Made by a program: the position numbers and the translations under genes | Sequence record: OQ790161.1 | Length of the DNA stretch: 64,000 bases | Direction: 5' to 3' (one strand) | The notes under the pieces: model-generated | Databases searched by the model: none | What the model saw: the letters and a program-made list of their open reading frames with translations, nothing else | What the model was told of the DNA's origin: nothing | Shown here: one piece after another, positions 10,301 to 19,935 of the stretch | Position numbering within the stretch: the first letter of the stretch is position 1 | Layout: every line of letters begins with the position of its first letter

Positions 10301-11892
10301 TGCGCATCAAGGGTTACGAACGCTTTGCCGGTGCGCTCTATGCGGAACTGGTCAAGGCCATTCGTCAGCAGCGCGCTCGTGGTTCGATTGCCAATGCCAA
10401 GATCGACATGCATCCCGATGCGGTATGGATCGGTGTGTCTCTGGATCCGGTCAAGAAGGCAGTGGAAGAATCCAACCCCGTGCACAACGCACGTGAGCGT
10501 GAGGAAGTCACCTACTCCGGTGTGGGTGGTCGTTCGGAACGTTCGATGGTCGGTCGTACCCGTGTGTATCATCCCAATGACTTGGGCGTGATCTCCGAGT
10601 CCACCAAGGATTCGGCGCAGGTGGCCATCACCACGTTCATGCCGGCAGATCCCACGCTGTTGAATGTGCGCGGTATGGCACGTCGCTTCGATCCGGAAAA
10701 GGACGGGATCACTTCGGTGATGTCGACCCCGGCTCTGTTGTCGCCGGCTGCCGATCGTGACGATCCCAAGCGCGTGAACTTCATCCCGATTCAGCACTCC
10801 TCCGGTACGTTCGCCAAGGGCTACCGTCAGACTCCGTTGCGTACGGGCTATGAGCGTGTGCTGGCACATCGCAATGACGACATGTTTGCTGCATCGGCTG
10901 ACCAAGACGGTGTGGTGACCTCGTTGGACGCAACTCGTGGCATGGTCGTGACCTACGCTGACGGTTCCACCCAATCCATCAAGGTGGGGCGTCGCTTCGG
11001 TAAGGCCGCCGGTCTGGTGTTCCCCCATCAGCTGACGGCGATGTACCAAAAGGGTCAGTCCTTCAAGAAGGGCGACATCTTGGTGTACAACGAACGCTAC
11101 TACGAACCGGACAGGCTCACCCCCGGACAGGTGGTGTGGAAGGCCGGCCTGTTGGTCAACACGGCCATCATGGAAAACCCCGATACCCTGGAAGACTCCT
11201 CGGTGATTTCAGCCCGTGTGGCTGCGGATCTGGAAACCGAAATTACCTACGTCCGCGACATCGTCGTGGCCTTTGATCAGTCCATTCATGGGCTGGTGGA
11301 AGAGGGTAGCGAGGTGGAGATCGAGAGTATCCTATGTACGATCGAGGACGCTGTGACGGCCGAGAACAGTTTGTTTGACGAGAACTCGTTGGACATGCTG
11401 CGACTGCTGGCCGCCAACACGCCGCGTGCCAAGTACAAGGGCGTCGTGGAAAAGGTGGAGGTGTTCTACCACGGCGAGATCGACGACATGTCGACTTCGT
11501 TGATGGAGATTGCAGCTGAAAGTGACCGTGACCGCAAGCGTCAAGCACGGTCGCTGCAAGAGCAGGCCATGAATGGTAAGGTGGATTCGTCCACTCGTAT
11601 CCAGTCCAAGCCCCTGCCGGCTGACCATCTGCTGATCCGCGTGTATATCACCGGCGCCGCTTCGGCGGGTGTGGGTGATAAGGCTGTCTTCGCCAGCCAG
11701 TTGAAGACGGTGGTCGGTCGCGTCTTGAATGGCGTGAACGAAACCAAGTCGGGTCTGCCGGTGGATGCAATCTTCAGCTACGCATCGATCTCCAATCGCG
11801 TCGTTCGTAGCCCTGAAATCATGGGCATCACCAACGTCCTCCTCAAACTCATCAGTAAACGCATGGTAAGTGCGTACAAGAAGGGAAAGTAA
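7373..11892 (+). CDS. Virion RNA polymerase beta subunit (phiKZ gp178-like); apparent frameshift near 7541-7546
   Basis: 1439-aa ORF 7573..11892 with beta motifs (VTYSGVGGRS, ISESTKDS, EDSSVIS, VGDKAVFASQLK). Coding-like sequence extends upstream in that frame to 7546 (YTPYFRKYG) and in another frame from ATG 7373. Confidence 0.88.
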
Positions 11893-11895
11893 GTC

Positions 11896-12111
11896 ATGTC
11901 CAACCAAGTCCTGCAGAAAGCCCTGCAGCGCTCCAACGTGCCGTTGCTCGCCAACGCCATCGAACTGGGCGCACAAGGCATCCTCGAGGTCGCCGGTAAT
12001 GCCATCACCGATTCGGTGGATGGTGAACCGATGACCGCAGCGTTCCTGCACTCGGCCCTTGCGGCCCGGATGCAGTCGCTGATCGTCAACGACACCAAGA
12101 CCGGGAGCTAA
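11896..12111 (+). CDS. Small hypothetical protein in the vRNAP operon (71 aa)
   Basis: Tightly packed ORF with strong GC3 bias. Confidence 0.7.
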   Translation: MSNQVLQKALQRSNVPLLANAIELGAQGILEVAGNAITDSVDGEPMTAAFLHSALAARMQSLIVNDTKTGS

Positions 12112-12116
12112 GCACC

Positions 12117-13553
12117 ATGTCCCTGAGCAAAACTTCCGTGGGCATGGCCCAGATCGTCAGCCAGTCCTTGCAGAACAAGGGCATCGAGCTGAGCGCGGTC
12201 AACGACACCCCGGTGCAGGTCCTGACCGACCTGTCCACCCAGCAGCTGATCATCGACGAAGGCGTCAAGGCCGCCGCCGGTGGTTTCGAACGTCCCGAGC
12301 TCAGCGTCTCGCTGCTCTCCGGTGCTGATGAACCCCTGCCGGGTCAGGTCGACTCGGCCCACACCCAACAGCTGGCCGAATCCAGTGCCCTGCTCTCGCG
12401 CGTCCTCAACGGCGCGCTGGACCTGGCCCAGAACACGGTCAACCCGATGATCGATCGTGTCGTCAAGAAGATCGGCGAAACCATCAGCCAGACCCTGGAA
12501 GCCACCGCCTCGCCGCTGGAGATCGTTCAGCAGCGTCCGGACCCGATCTTCGATTCGGTCTACCTCCAGGAATCGTCCGCGCGTTACCGCACGCAGGGTC
12601 GTGACATCAACCTGCGTTCGCTGGGCCTGAACAGCTCCTACATCGCCGGCAACGTCAAGGCACTGATGGCCACCGGTCATTCGGGCATGGATGCACAAGT
12701 CAGCGACTTCGTGGATCGTGTCGGCGATGACTTCATCATCAGCGTGTGGGACCAGATCTTCGGTGCTGCCAACAGCAACTCGATGCAGGTCTACGGTCGT
12801 CCGTCGCAGGCTCGTGAAGCCGTGGCTGCCTACTTCCTGGCCGCCTACGCACTCCAGAACGTTCCCTCGGGCCTGAACATCGACCTGAGCGAATACCGTG
12901 ACTACTGCTCGCAAGTGCTGGCCTCGGCCGGCGCAGCGATCTGCGGCAGCTACGAAGACCGTGCGCAGCAGCGCAAGCATGGTCGCCTGGTGCTGACCTA
13001 CCCGATGGACACCACCCCGGTCGGTGCCGTCGTGGTGGACGGTGACAAGTACGTGGAATGGCTGGCTCAAGGCGGTTCGCCCGAAGCCCTGTTCGCCACC
13101 GTCTACGGTGACCGCAACTTCGACAGCGCTCGCATGATCGAGCGCAAGGCATCGCTGGAACAGGACTGGGCACGCGTGATGATGTCCTACCAGTCCGTGG
13201 TTTCCACCAAGCGCTTCGATGCGGCCGTTGCCGGCCTGCGTGCGCAGATGACCTCCGAGATCAATGCGATCCCGGATGACCAGCTGATCGGTGACCGTGG
13301 TGCTTACCACGATCGTCTGCGTGAGCGTCTGCGTCATGCCAAGCTGCGCGACCTGGATCACCAGTGGCATTGGGCCCGCAAGGCCGTCTGCCGCGTCATC
13401 TTCCCGCACACCGACGCCGAGTCGTTGCTGCTGGGCATCGATGAGCAGAGCAAGGTGCACCCGGACAAGCAGCCGCGTGAACTGGCCCTGTACGCCACGA
13501 TCGACCTGGTCGCGCGTTGGCTGGTCAACCAGCTCGCCCGTCAATACCACTGA
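12117..13553 (+). CDS. Virion/head structural protein (phiKZ gp177-like position, 478 aa)
   Basis: Very biased codon usage; syntenic between vRNAP beta and the gp176/gp175-like genes. Confidence 0.65.
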   Translation: MSLSKTSVGMAQIVSQSLQNKGIELSAVNDTPVQVLTDLSTQQLIIDEGVKAAAGGFERPELSVSLLSGADEPLPGQVDSAHTQQLAESSALLSRVLNGALDLAQNTVNPMIDRVVKKIGETISQTLEATASPLEIVQQRPDPIFDSVYLQESSARYRTQGRDINLRSLGLNSSYIAGNVKALMATGHSGMDAQVSDFVDRVGDDFIISVWDQIFGAANSNSMQVYGRPSQAREAVAAYFLAAYALQNVPSGLNIDLSEYRDYCSQVLASAGAAICGSYEDRAQQRKHGRLVLTYPMDTTPVGAVVVDGDKYVEWLAQGGSPEALFATVYGDRNFDSARMIERKASLEQDWARVMMSYQSVVSTKRFDAAVAGLRAQMTSEINAIPDDQLIGDRGAYHDRLRERLRHAKLRDLDHQWHWARKAVCRVIFPHTDAESLLLGIDEQSKVHPDKQPRELALYATIDLVARWLVNQLARQYH

Positions 13554-13561
13554 GGTGATCC

Positions 13562-14287
13562 ATGGATCCTTCAGTGTTGAAACGCGATGCCAGTAAGGTT
13601 CGTCCTGTCCTGGTGAAGCAAGCTGATGGATCGGTGCTCACTTCGAAGCCGCTCAAGATCTACGTGCCGGAACGGTACACGGAAAAGGGGCTGGCTGAGA
13701 TCGGGTCGGAGACATACATCGTGGGTATCTTCGCGATGGTGGTGGAGGATAAGTATTACGCGGTGAGTAAAATCAACGCCATGATGCGCATCAAGCCCAC
13801 CACCATCTCCACGGTGAAGTTCGAAGGAACCTCCTACTTGGAGTTCTACTTCGAACCGGGGAGCGTGGTCTTTGCGACCACCTCCCTGATCATGTCCGAC
13901 ACGCTGGTGTACAACATCTTCTACAACTTCATTTCCAACGGCACCGTGCCGTGGTTCTTGTCGTATGAGGATGTTGCCACCTTGTTTGCAAGCGCCGACC
14001 GACACGCTGGCGTTGATTTGACCCGGAGTCACACGATCCTGGAGATGTTCGCAGCAGCCATTGCTCGCGATCCGAATCAGCGCACCAAGTACTATCGGCA
14101 TACCCTCGACGATACCGATAAGACCCCCACCGAACCGGTGGCGTACATCGCCCTGCGAAATATCTCGCTGGGTGCGACCAACACCACTGCCCGTTTGGGT
14201 GGTTCGTATTGGAACGATGGTCTGACTTCGGCTTTGGCCAACCCCAGCACCCGTCTGGAGAAGGTCGAACAACTTCTGCGCAGTTAA
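13562..14287 (+). CDS. Probable fifth vRNAP subunit (phiKZ gp176 / SPN3US gp244-like, 241 aa)
   Basis: Size and position directly upstream of the prohead protease; C-terminal TTARLGGSYWNDGL resembles the beta' C-terminal segment. Confidence 0.65.
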   Translation: MDPSVLKRDASKVRPVLVKQADGSVLTSKPLKIYVPERYTEKGLAEIGSETYIVGIFAMVVEDKYYAVSKINAMMRIKPTTISTVKFEGTSYLEFYFEPGSVVFATTSLIMSDTLVYNIFYNFISNGTVPWFLSYEDVATLFASADRHAGVDLTRSHTILEMFAAAIARDPNQRTKYYRHTLDDTDKTPTEPVAYIALRNISLGATNTTARLGGSYWNDGLTSALANPSTRLEKVEQLLRS

Positions 14288-14297
14288 AGGAAACGGT

Positions 14298-15089
14298 ATG
14301 AACGGCTTCTCCCTTTCCTGCACCGCGCTCTTGGGTACCAACAAAGCCGGAACCCTCAAGCCCGATGCAGACGGCTACTACACCGTGGTGCTGGGCGCTC
14401 TGGACGTGTTCAACTCGTCCGGCGCTTACTACCCGGAGGCTTCGGCCAAACACCTGTTCCAACAGTCCGCCTCGCTGATGCGTCGTATTGCCTCGGGCAA
14501 TCTGCGCGGTGAGTATGGTCACCCCCGGCCTCAGCCGGGTATGACTCCGGATGATTGGGTCAACCGGGTGCGCGACATCTACGAACCGAATGTGTGCATG
14601 CACATTCGCAAGGTGACGGTCGACTACACCTCCTTCCGCAATGAGCAAGGCCAACCGGTGATCACGATCGTCGGTGAAGTCAAGCCCTCCGGTCCGAATG
14701 GTCCGGCGCTGAAGGAGCAGTTTGACAACCGTCACGAGGACGTGTGCTTCTCGATTCGTTCGCTGACCAACGATGACTTCCGCATGGGTCGTGTTACCAA
14801 ACACATCAAGCTGATCGTCACCTGGGACTACGTGAACGAGCCGGGTCTGGCACAGGCCCACAAGTGGAACTCTCCGTCGCTGGAATCCCACAGCGAAGCA
14901 GTGATGGGCGGCGATGCGTATGCACTGGCAGAACAGATGATCCTTCCGGGTCAGCTGCTGGCCATGAGCAAGCGCATGGGCCACTCGGCTGTCTCGATGG
15001 AATCCAATGGCGGTGTTTCGATGGAATCGCTCATCGAAGCTGTCACCCTGGAACCGGAAGCCACCCGGCCGGCCTCGGCCCGCTGGTAA
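14298..15089 (+). CDS. Prohead protease (phiKZ gp175-like, 263 aa)
   Basis: LRGEYGHP (catalytic His), CFSIRS (catalytic Ser), VTWDYVNEPG; C-terminal SLES/SMES/SMES self-cleavage-type motifs. Confidence 0.9.
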   Translation: MNGFSLSCTALLGTNKAGTLKPDADGYYTVVLGALDVFNSSGAYYPEASAKHLFQQSASLMRRIASGNLRGEYGHPRPQPGMTPDDWVNRVRDIYEPNVCMHIRKVTVDYTSFRNEQGQPVITIVGEVKPSGPNGPALKEQFDNRHEDVCFSIRSLTNDDFRMGRVTKHIKLIVTWDYVNEPGLAQAHKWNSPSLESHSEAVMGGDAYALAEQMILPGQLLAMSKRMGHSAVSMESNGGVSMESLIEAVTLEPEATRPASARW

Positions 15090-15099
15090 CCGACATAAC

Positions 15100-15126
15100 G
15101 CCCCCGCCTTCGGGCGGGGGCTTATG
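15100..15126 (+). terminator. GC stem, UUCG loop, followed by TTATG
   Basis: GCCCCCGCC-TTCG-GGCGGGGGC-TTATG. Confidence 0.75.
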
Positions 15127-15221
15127 CTGCCGTAGTCAAAAAAGAAATACACCTGTACTATTCATGTGCAGACGCCCATCATGAGCGCCTTATCTGCTAA
15201 CCCTGAAGAGGAGTATTGCCA

Positions 15222-15332
15222 ATGCAGGACACCACCAGCTTCGTCTCGCAGACGACTGGCGATTGGATTGACGGTTTCGGCGAAGGACTGCGCAACGGCT
15301 TCGGCTGTGGTGAAGTCGTCGGCGGCTTCTGA
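15222..15332 (+). CDS. 36-aa glycine-zipper peptide (not in the ORF track)
   Basis: GAGGAG 8 nt before ATG; MQDTTSFVSQTTGDWIDGFGEGLRNGFGCGEVVGGF; flanked by two terminators. Confidence 0.65.
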   Translation: MQDTTSFVSQTTGDWIDGFGEGLRNGFGCGEVVGGF

Positions 15333-15346
15333 TTCAACTGCCTGGT

Positions 15347-15374
15347 GCCCCACCCTTCGGGGTGGGGCTTTATG
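15347..15374 (+). terminator. GC stem, UUCG loop, followed by TTTATG
   Basis: GCCCCACCC-TTCG-GGGTGGGGC-TTTATG. Confidence 0.75.
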
Positions 15375-15444
15375 CTCGTGTGAAGAAAACGTGTAAACTT
15401 TGACAGAGCCGCAGGGTCTTGTAGACTTTCTCCAGCTCATCGCC

Positions 15445-16728
15445 ATGAACGAACTCTTCGCAGCCTATTCGGAGCTGCTCAAAACCAATCCGGTTGCAGC
15501 ATCGATTCTGCCGTTGTATCTGGCAGGTGTCGCTACCTTCTTCTTCCGCAACCTTCCGATGAAGTTGTGGGGAATGATCAAAGGTCAATCCACCACCACG
15601 CTGAATCTGCTCTCCTCGGGCGCCGGTTCTGCGGACATGCAGTACTTCAGCTTTCTCAAGTGGTTCGTCGATCGTGGCTTCATGAAGTGGTCCCGCTCGT
15701 TGGCGGTTGAATCCTCTTGGAGTGGTGACAACGCTGACGGCCAAGTTCTGCCGGGCAACGGCACCCATTACTTCCTCTGGAAAGGTCGCCTGTGTTGGCT
15801 GACCAAATCCCGAGTGGAGACCAGCGGTACGATGTACCAGATCACGCACTCCATCACCGTGGGTATGGTCGGTCGCGATCAGCAGCGCCTGAAAGACATG
15901 GTGGACGAATTCCGCTGGAGACCCAGTAAGGATCGAGGTCATCTGTTCACTGCCGATCTGGCGGCAGCAAGCTGGTCGACCCAGCACAAGATCTCCCCGC
16001 GTAAGCTCAACACCATCGTGCTCAACGCAGGGGTGATGGAGAGCCTCGTAGAACGCATCCAGTGGTTCATCGACAACCGCGAGTGGTACATGTCCCGCGG
16101 ATTGCCGTATCGCCTTGTGGTGCTGCTGGAGGGCCCTCCGGGCACCGGCAAGACTAGTTTGCTGCGCGCACTGACCACGCACTTCAAGCGCAACCTGTGC
16201 CCGTTGAATCTGGCCACGGTGAGCGAAGAGAAGTTGCCGGTCTTGCTGCGCAACGCACCGGAAGATTCCTTCATCGTGATGGAAGACTTCGACGCCTGTC
16301 CGGCAGTGCTCAAGGCTGACGCCAAACCCAAGGGCGATAACGCCACCGCCGCAATGGCCGACCTGTTCGGTCGCTCGGGTAAGTCGGCGCTGCTGCAAGC
16401 CCTCGACGGTGTGGACGTGTTGGATGGTCAGGTCATCTTCCTGACGACCAACTACATCGAACGCATCGAACCGGCGATGATCCGCGATGAGCGTGTCAAT
16501 GAGATGGTCCACCTCGGACTGCTCAACGACGAAGCCATCCATCGCTATATCGCCAACGTGTTCCCCGAACACACCAACGAACCACCGTTGGTCTACGCAC
16601 CGGTTGCCGGTGCGACGCTTCAGAAGTTGTACGTGCGTAACCACGAATCCTACCGGGCGTTTATCGATTCGATCCCGGTAGTCAATCCCGACATGTCGTC
16701 GGTCCATCAGGAACAGGAGGTTGTGTAA
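15445..16728 (+). CDS. BCS1-like membrane-anchored AAA+ ATPase
   Basis: N-terminal hydrophobic helix, Walker A GPPGTGKTS, Walker B VMEDFD, LLQALDGV, second region of homology TTNYIERIEPAMIRDERVN. Confidence 0.8.
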   Translation: MNELFAAYSELLKTNPVAASILPLYLAGVATFFFRNLPMKLWGMIKGQSTTTLNLLSSGAGSADMQYFSFLKWFVDRGFMKWSRSLAVESSWSGDNADGQVLPGNGTHYFLWKGRLCWLTKSRVETSGTMYQITHSITVGMVGRDQQRLKDMVDEFRWRPSKDRGHLFTADLAAASWSTQHKISPRKLNTIVLNAGVMESLVERIQWFIDNREWYMSRGLPYRLVVLLEGPPGTGKTSLLRALTTHFKRNLCPLNLATVSEEKLPVLLRNAPEDSFIVMEDFDACPAVLKADAKPKGDNATAAMADLFGRSGKSALLQALDGVDVLDGQVIFLTTNYIERIEPAMIRDERVNEMVHLGLLNDEAIHRYIANVFPEHTNEPPLVYAPVAGATLQKLYVRNHESYRAFIDSIPVVNPDMSSVHQEQEVV

Positions 16729-17138
16729 TGGGTCATGTTACCCGTCATGAAGTTGGCGAGTTGATCGAGAAGTTCAAGAACCGTGTGATGCCGAAGAGCA
16801 TGGCGCTGGGAATGCCCGGCCTGCTCTACGCTGGCATCAATGCGGTGGAGTACGAACTGAAGAAAACGACAGGGGCTCCCGAGCCGCTGTTGCGCAACTA
16901 CGCACGGGTGCTGAAGCATTACATCGAAGCGCCGGTGGATCCGAAGAACATCAACTACGCCAACACGGCCATCCATCTGGTGGGCCAAGGCGCTGATGCA
17001 ACGGCGGCCATCAAGAAGGCCCGCAAGACCTACGAAGCCATGCACGACCCCAAGCGCATCCAGAAGGAAGCCAAGGCGGCCATGCAGCGCATCGTGGCGG
17101 AAGAGCAGCGCCAGCAGGCGCCGCAGCCCACGGCCTAA
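16728..17138 (+). CDS. Hypothetical protein (136 aa)
   Basis: Coupled to the ATPase stop; coding-like codon usage. Confidence 0.7.
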   Translation: MGHVTRHEVGELIEKFKNRVMPKSMALGMPGLLYAGINAVEYELKKTTGAPEPLLRNYARVLKHYIEAPVDPKNINYANTAIHLVGQGADATAAIKKARKTYEAMHDPKRIQKEAKAAMQRIVAEEQRQQAPQPTA

Positions 17139-17151
17139 GCAACGGCATACG

Positions 17152-17179
17152 GCGGGAGGGTGACCTCCCGCTTTATGCC
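17152..17179 (+). terminator. Stem-loop with TTTATGCC tail
   Basis: GCGGGAGG-GTGA-CCTCCCGC-TTTATGCC, preceded by GGCATA. Confidence 0.7.
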
Positions 17180-17194
17180 CCCAACGAGGTAATC

Positions 17195-18121
17195 ATGGAA
17201 AAGGACAACAAGGTCGTCCACTTCAACCACCGGCTCATCAACAAGAGCGCTGGGGATCTGGTCGATTATCTCAAGTACCTTGGTGCGCCGGGTCCTTTGC
17301 AGACCCTGGTGTTCGAAGCGGCCAAAGACCATTTCGAGATGAACAAGGCCAACGGTGAGATCACCTTCAAGATCAACACCCGAATGATGCGTGGGGCCTG
17401 CGAACTGCGTATGGGCACCGACGTGTTCGAGGGTAAGGAATCTGAAGATGAAGTACTGCCGTTGGTGTTCATCTCCAGCAGCATGATGCACATGGGCCAC
17501 TACTCCGCCGTGGCCGGGCTGGAACCCCATGACATTGATGACTGGGAGAAGACCGACCAGTTCTTCAAGGATCATCTGCATTGGTTGCTGGACGCTGCTG
17601 GTGCGCACGCACCGGGCACTGGCATGAATGAAGCCTTTGCCTTTGCATCGTGCTTCTTGATGAATCTGATGCGCAATTCCAGTCAGGTCTACATGGTGGA
17701 AGAGAAGACCGGTACCTCGGCCGGTACTCGCCACTACTTCGGACTGGCGGACCATCCAGAGTCGGAGGAAGATCTGGAGTTCATCAGCATCACCTTCACC
17801 GCGATGGGTATCGAGCATGACAAGAAGCGCAATCTGAGGATCGCGCGTGCAAAGATGCCCAGCTATGCACCAATGTGGACCAACGAGGAAGAAGGCACGA
17901 TCAAGGCCACCTTGACCATGCATAAGGAATCCTCGCCCTTGTTCAAGGGGCAGAAGCCGCATGTGTGGGAGGAGATCATCGGTACGGACCGCAAGGCCAT
18001 GGAGGCGCATATCCGTTCCTCGTTGAAGTGGTTGGCCCACTACGGACTGTACTTCAACACCGAAGGGTGGGAGTACAATGTCAAGTGGGGTACCCACAAA
18101 CCCAAGAAGAAACGGGAATAA
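17195..18121 (+). CDS. Hypothetical protein (308 aa)
   Basis: GAGG RBS, long ORF with coding bias. Confidence 0.75.
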   Translation: MEKDNKVVHFNHRLINKSAGDLVDYLKYLGAPGPLQTLVFEAAKDHFEMNKANGEITFKINTRMMRGACELRMGTDVFEGKESEDEVLPLVFISSSMMHMGHYSAVAGLEPHDIDDWEKTDQFFKDHLHWLLDAAGAHAPGTGMNEAFAFASCFLMNLMRNSSQVYMVEEKTGTSAGTRHYFGLADHPESEEDLEFISITFTAMGIEHDKKRNLRIARAKMPSYAPMWTNEEEGTIKATLTMHKESSPLFKGQKPHVWEEIIGTDRKAMEAHIRSSLKWLAHYGLYFNTEGWEYNVKWGTHKPKKKRE

Positions 18122-18284
18122 ACGGGAATCAAACCCATACCATCCCTTTGTAACGGTCCCGCCTAAGACTGTTGCGAGCTCGCAAGTCCAGCTTGACCCC
18201 TGTATTTTGTTACCTAACTGTGGGTAGCATGTGCAGGATGCTAGTTTCATCCCATACCCAGAAACCTGAACAAGGATAATCGCA

Positions 18285-18782
18285 ATGACCGCAGCAACCG
18301 CAACCAAGAAGAACGATTCGGCCACCGCCCAGCCGGAAATCAAGATCTCCGAAACCGTCAAGTCCCTGTCGGACGTGTTCGCCAAGTCGATGAAGGTCGA
18401 GAAGGACGGCACCGTCGTCATCGAAGGCGACCTGGTCAACGACAACCTGCCGACCGACCTGGACGCCGCCACCATCAAGCGCGTGCAGAAGCACCGCGGT
18501 GAAGTCGTGGCCGCCGCCACCCTGGCCCTGGCCCAGCACGGCATGAAGCACCTGGGCAAGAACAAGGACGCCGACAAGGTGTCGGTCCAGTTCAAGATCG
18601 GCCAAGACAAGGTCGACCTGGCCTTCGAGCGTTCGCGCGAGTTCAACGACGGCAAGGGTGGCAAGGTCACCAAGCACGGCTACGTGAGCCTGGGCTACAC
18701 CGCCGCCGGCGCCACCAACACCGGTGACTTCAAGAAGGCCCGCGAGCAGATCAGTCGCGAAGCCGCCGAAATCTTCGGCTAA
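18285..18782 (+). CDS. Basic hypothetical protein, probably highly expressed (165 aa)
   Basis: AAGGA RBS; almost all codons end in C/G; Lys-rich; own leader and terminator. Confidence 0.8.
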   Translation: MTAATATKKNDSATAQPEIKISETVKSLSDVFAKSMKVEKDGTVVIEGDLVNDNLPTDLDAATIKRVQKHRGEVVAAATLALAQHGMKHLGKNKDADKVSVQFKIGQDKVDLAFERSREFNDGKGGKVTKHGYVSLGYTAAGATNTGDFKKAREQISREAAEIFG

Positions 18783-18813
18783 GCATCGGCCGCGCCGATT
18801 AGGCGCACTAGAG

Positions 18814-18848
18814 CAGCGGGGTCCTTCGGGACCCCGCTGTCCTATGCA
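18814..18848 (+). terminator. GC stem, UUCG loop
   Basis: CAGCGGGGTCC-TTCG-GGACCCCGCTG then TCCTATGC. Confidence 0.75.
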
Positions 18849-18877
18849 GTTCTCTTTTTCAAAGCAAAGGAAGTAGT

Positions 18878-19051
18878 GTGTCAATAGTAAAGGAACGAGT
18901 GAGCGTATCGGAGATGGTCCGCACCCTGCAGAATCGGCAGTACACCGCAGAGGCCATCGCCAATGCGACCAGCCTGCCTATCAAACAAATCAAGCAGATC
19001 ATGTCCGATGAGACTCCCTCGATGTTCCCCGAGGGTTTCAAGAAGTCCTGA
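18878..19051 (+). CDS. Small helix-turn-helix-like protein (57 aa; not in the ORF track)
   Basis: AAGGAAG RBS, GTG start; ..YTAEAIANATSLPIKQIKQIM resembles an HTH. Confidence 0.55.
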   Translation: MSIVKERVSVSEMVRTLQNRQYTAEAIANATSLPIKQIKQIMSDETPSMFPEGFKKS

Positions 19052-19064
19052 GTAGGAGAGCGTC

Positions 19065-19589
19065 ATGCCGAAAGTTTTTACCATCCAAGTCGGCAAATGG
19101 CGACTGGCTAAAGACCGTGACATCAAGGTCATGGACACCACCGTCAAGTCCGGCTATTCGATCTTCGCCCCCACATGGGACATGGTTCTGGGGATTAAGA
19201 ACGGCTCGATGGATGAGGACACTTACAGTCAGCTCTATCGCGATATGCTGGTTCAGTCGTGGAAGGGCAACCGACAGAAGTGGATGGACTTTCTCAACGA
19301 TGATGATCAGTATGCACTGGCCTGCTATTGCAAGGCTGGTGTGTTCTGTCACCGTCACCTGCTGGTCAAGTTTTTGCAACAGCTGTGTAAGCAGCTGAAC
19401 ATTCCTTTCGAATACTACGGCGAGCTTACCAATGATCCACAGCTTGAAAATCCCCACCCCGTTACGCAACTGGTTCTCCCCTCCTCCGGTGGTGAGCGAA
19501 CCGACACCTCCGGCAGTACCGACCAGCCCGCCGCTGGTAGCAGCAGCGCCGATCCTGGACAACGCGATGGTGATCCTGGCTCTTCTTGA
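19065..19589 (+). CDS. DUF488-family-like protein
   Basis: APTWDMV..K.G and LACYC..G.FCHRHLL motifs; the true end may be near 19435 if one base is missing. Confidence 0.6.
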   Translation: MPKVFTIQVGKWRLAKDRDIKVMDTTVKSGYSIFAPTWDMVLGIKNGSMDEDTYSQLYRDMLVQSWKGNRQKWMDFLNDDDQYALACYCKAGVFCHRHLLVKFLQQLCKQLNIPFEYYGELTNDPQLENPHPVTQLVLPSSGGERTDTSGSTDQPAAGSSSADPGQRDGDPGSS

Positions 19590-19935
19590 AGAAGCCTGCG
19601 ACATCTTGCAGCTCAACCCCTACGAAACCCAGACCTACAAGGACTACGTCAGTGTCACCAATCCCGGCACGGGACTGGCGCTGATGTTCCGTCTGGCCAA
19701 CACCCGCCCCGTCATCAACGAAGGCTATCTCCTTGACAGTGCGGGTAAGATCGTTTCGAACTCGCTGGATGTCGAGCAGATCTGGCTGTGGGTGACGGCC
19801 GACGAACTGCCCAAGGACTTCCGTACTGACCTGATGCGTTACCTGTGCCACCGCGACGAGTTGCAAGAGCATCTCGCCGAGTTGAGCCAAGTGCGCTACG
19901 AACGCCTTCGCCAATGGACCAATTACCATGTCTGA
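19432..19935 (+). CDS. Hypothetical protein with Pro-rich N-terminus (167 aa)
   Basis: ORF with coding bias; overlaps the upstream gene as assembled. Confidence 0.65.
   Translation: MIHSLKIPTPLRNWFSPPPVVSEPTPPAVPTSPPLVAAAPILDNAMVILALLEEACDILQLNPYETQTYKDYVSVTNPGTGLALMFRLANTRPVINEGYLLDSAGKIVSNSLDVEQIWLWVTADELPKDFRTDLMRYLCHRDELQEHLAELSQVRYERLRQWTNYHV

Noticed and set aside
15222-15332. Lasso-peptide-like pattern (T-x-G...E9) in the small peptide
   Set aside because: Leader only 12 aa and no cyclase, leader peptidase or other RiPP enzyme in the window
18110-18129. Direct repeat AAACGGGAAT x2
   Set aside because: Single 10-bp duplication at a stop codon with no further copies
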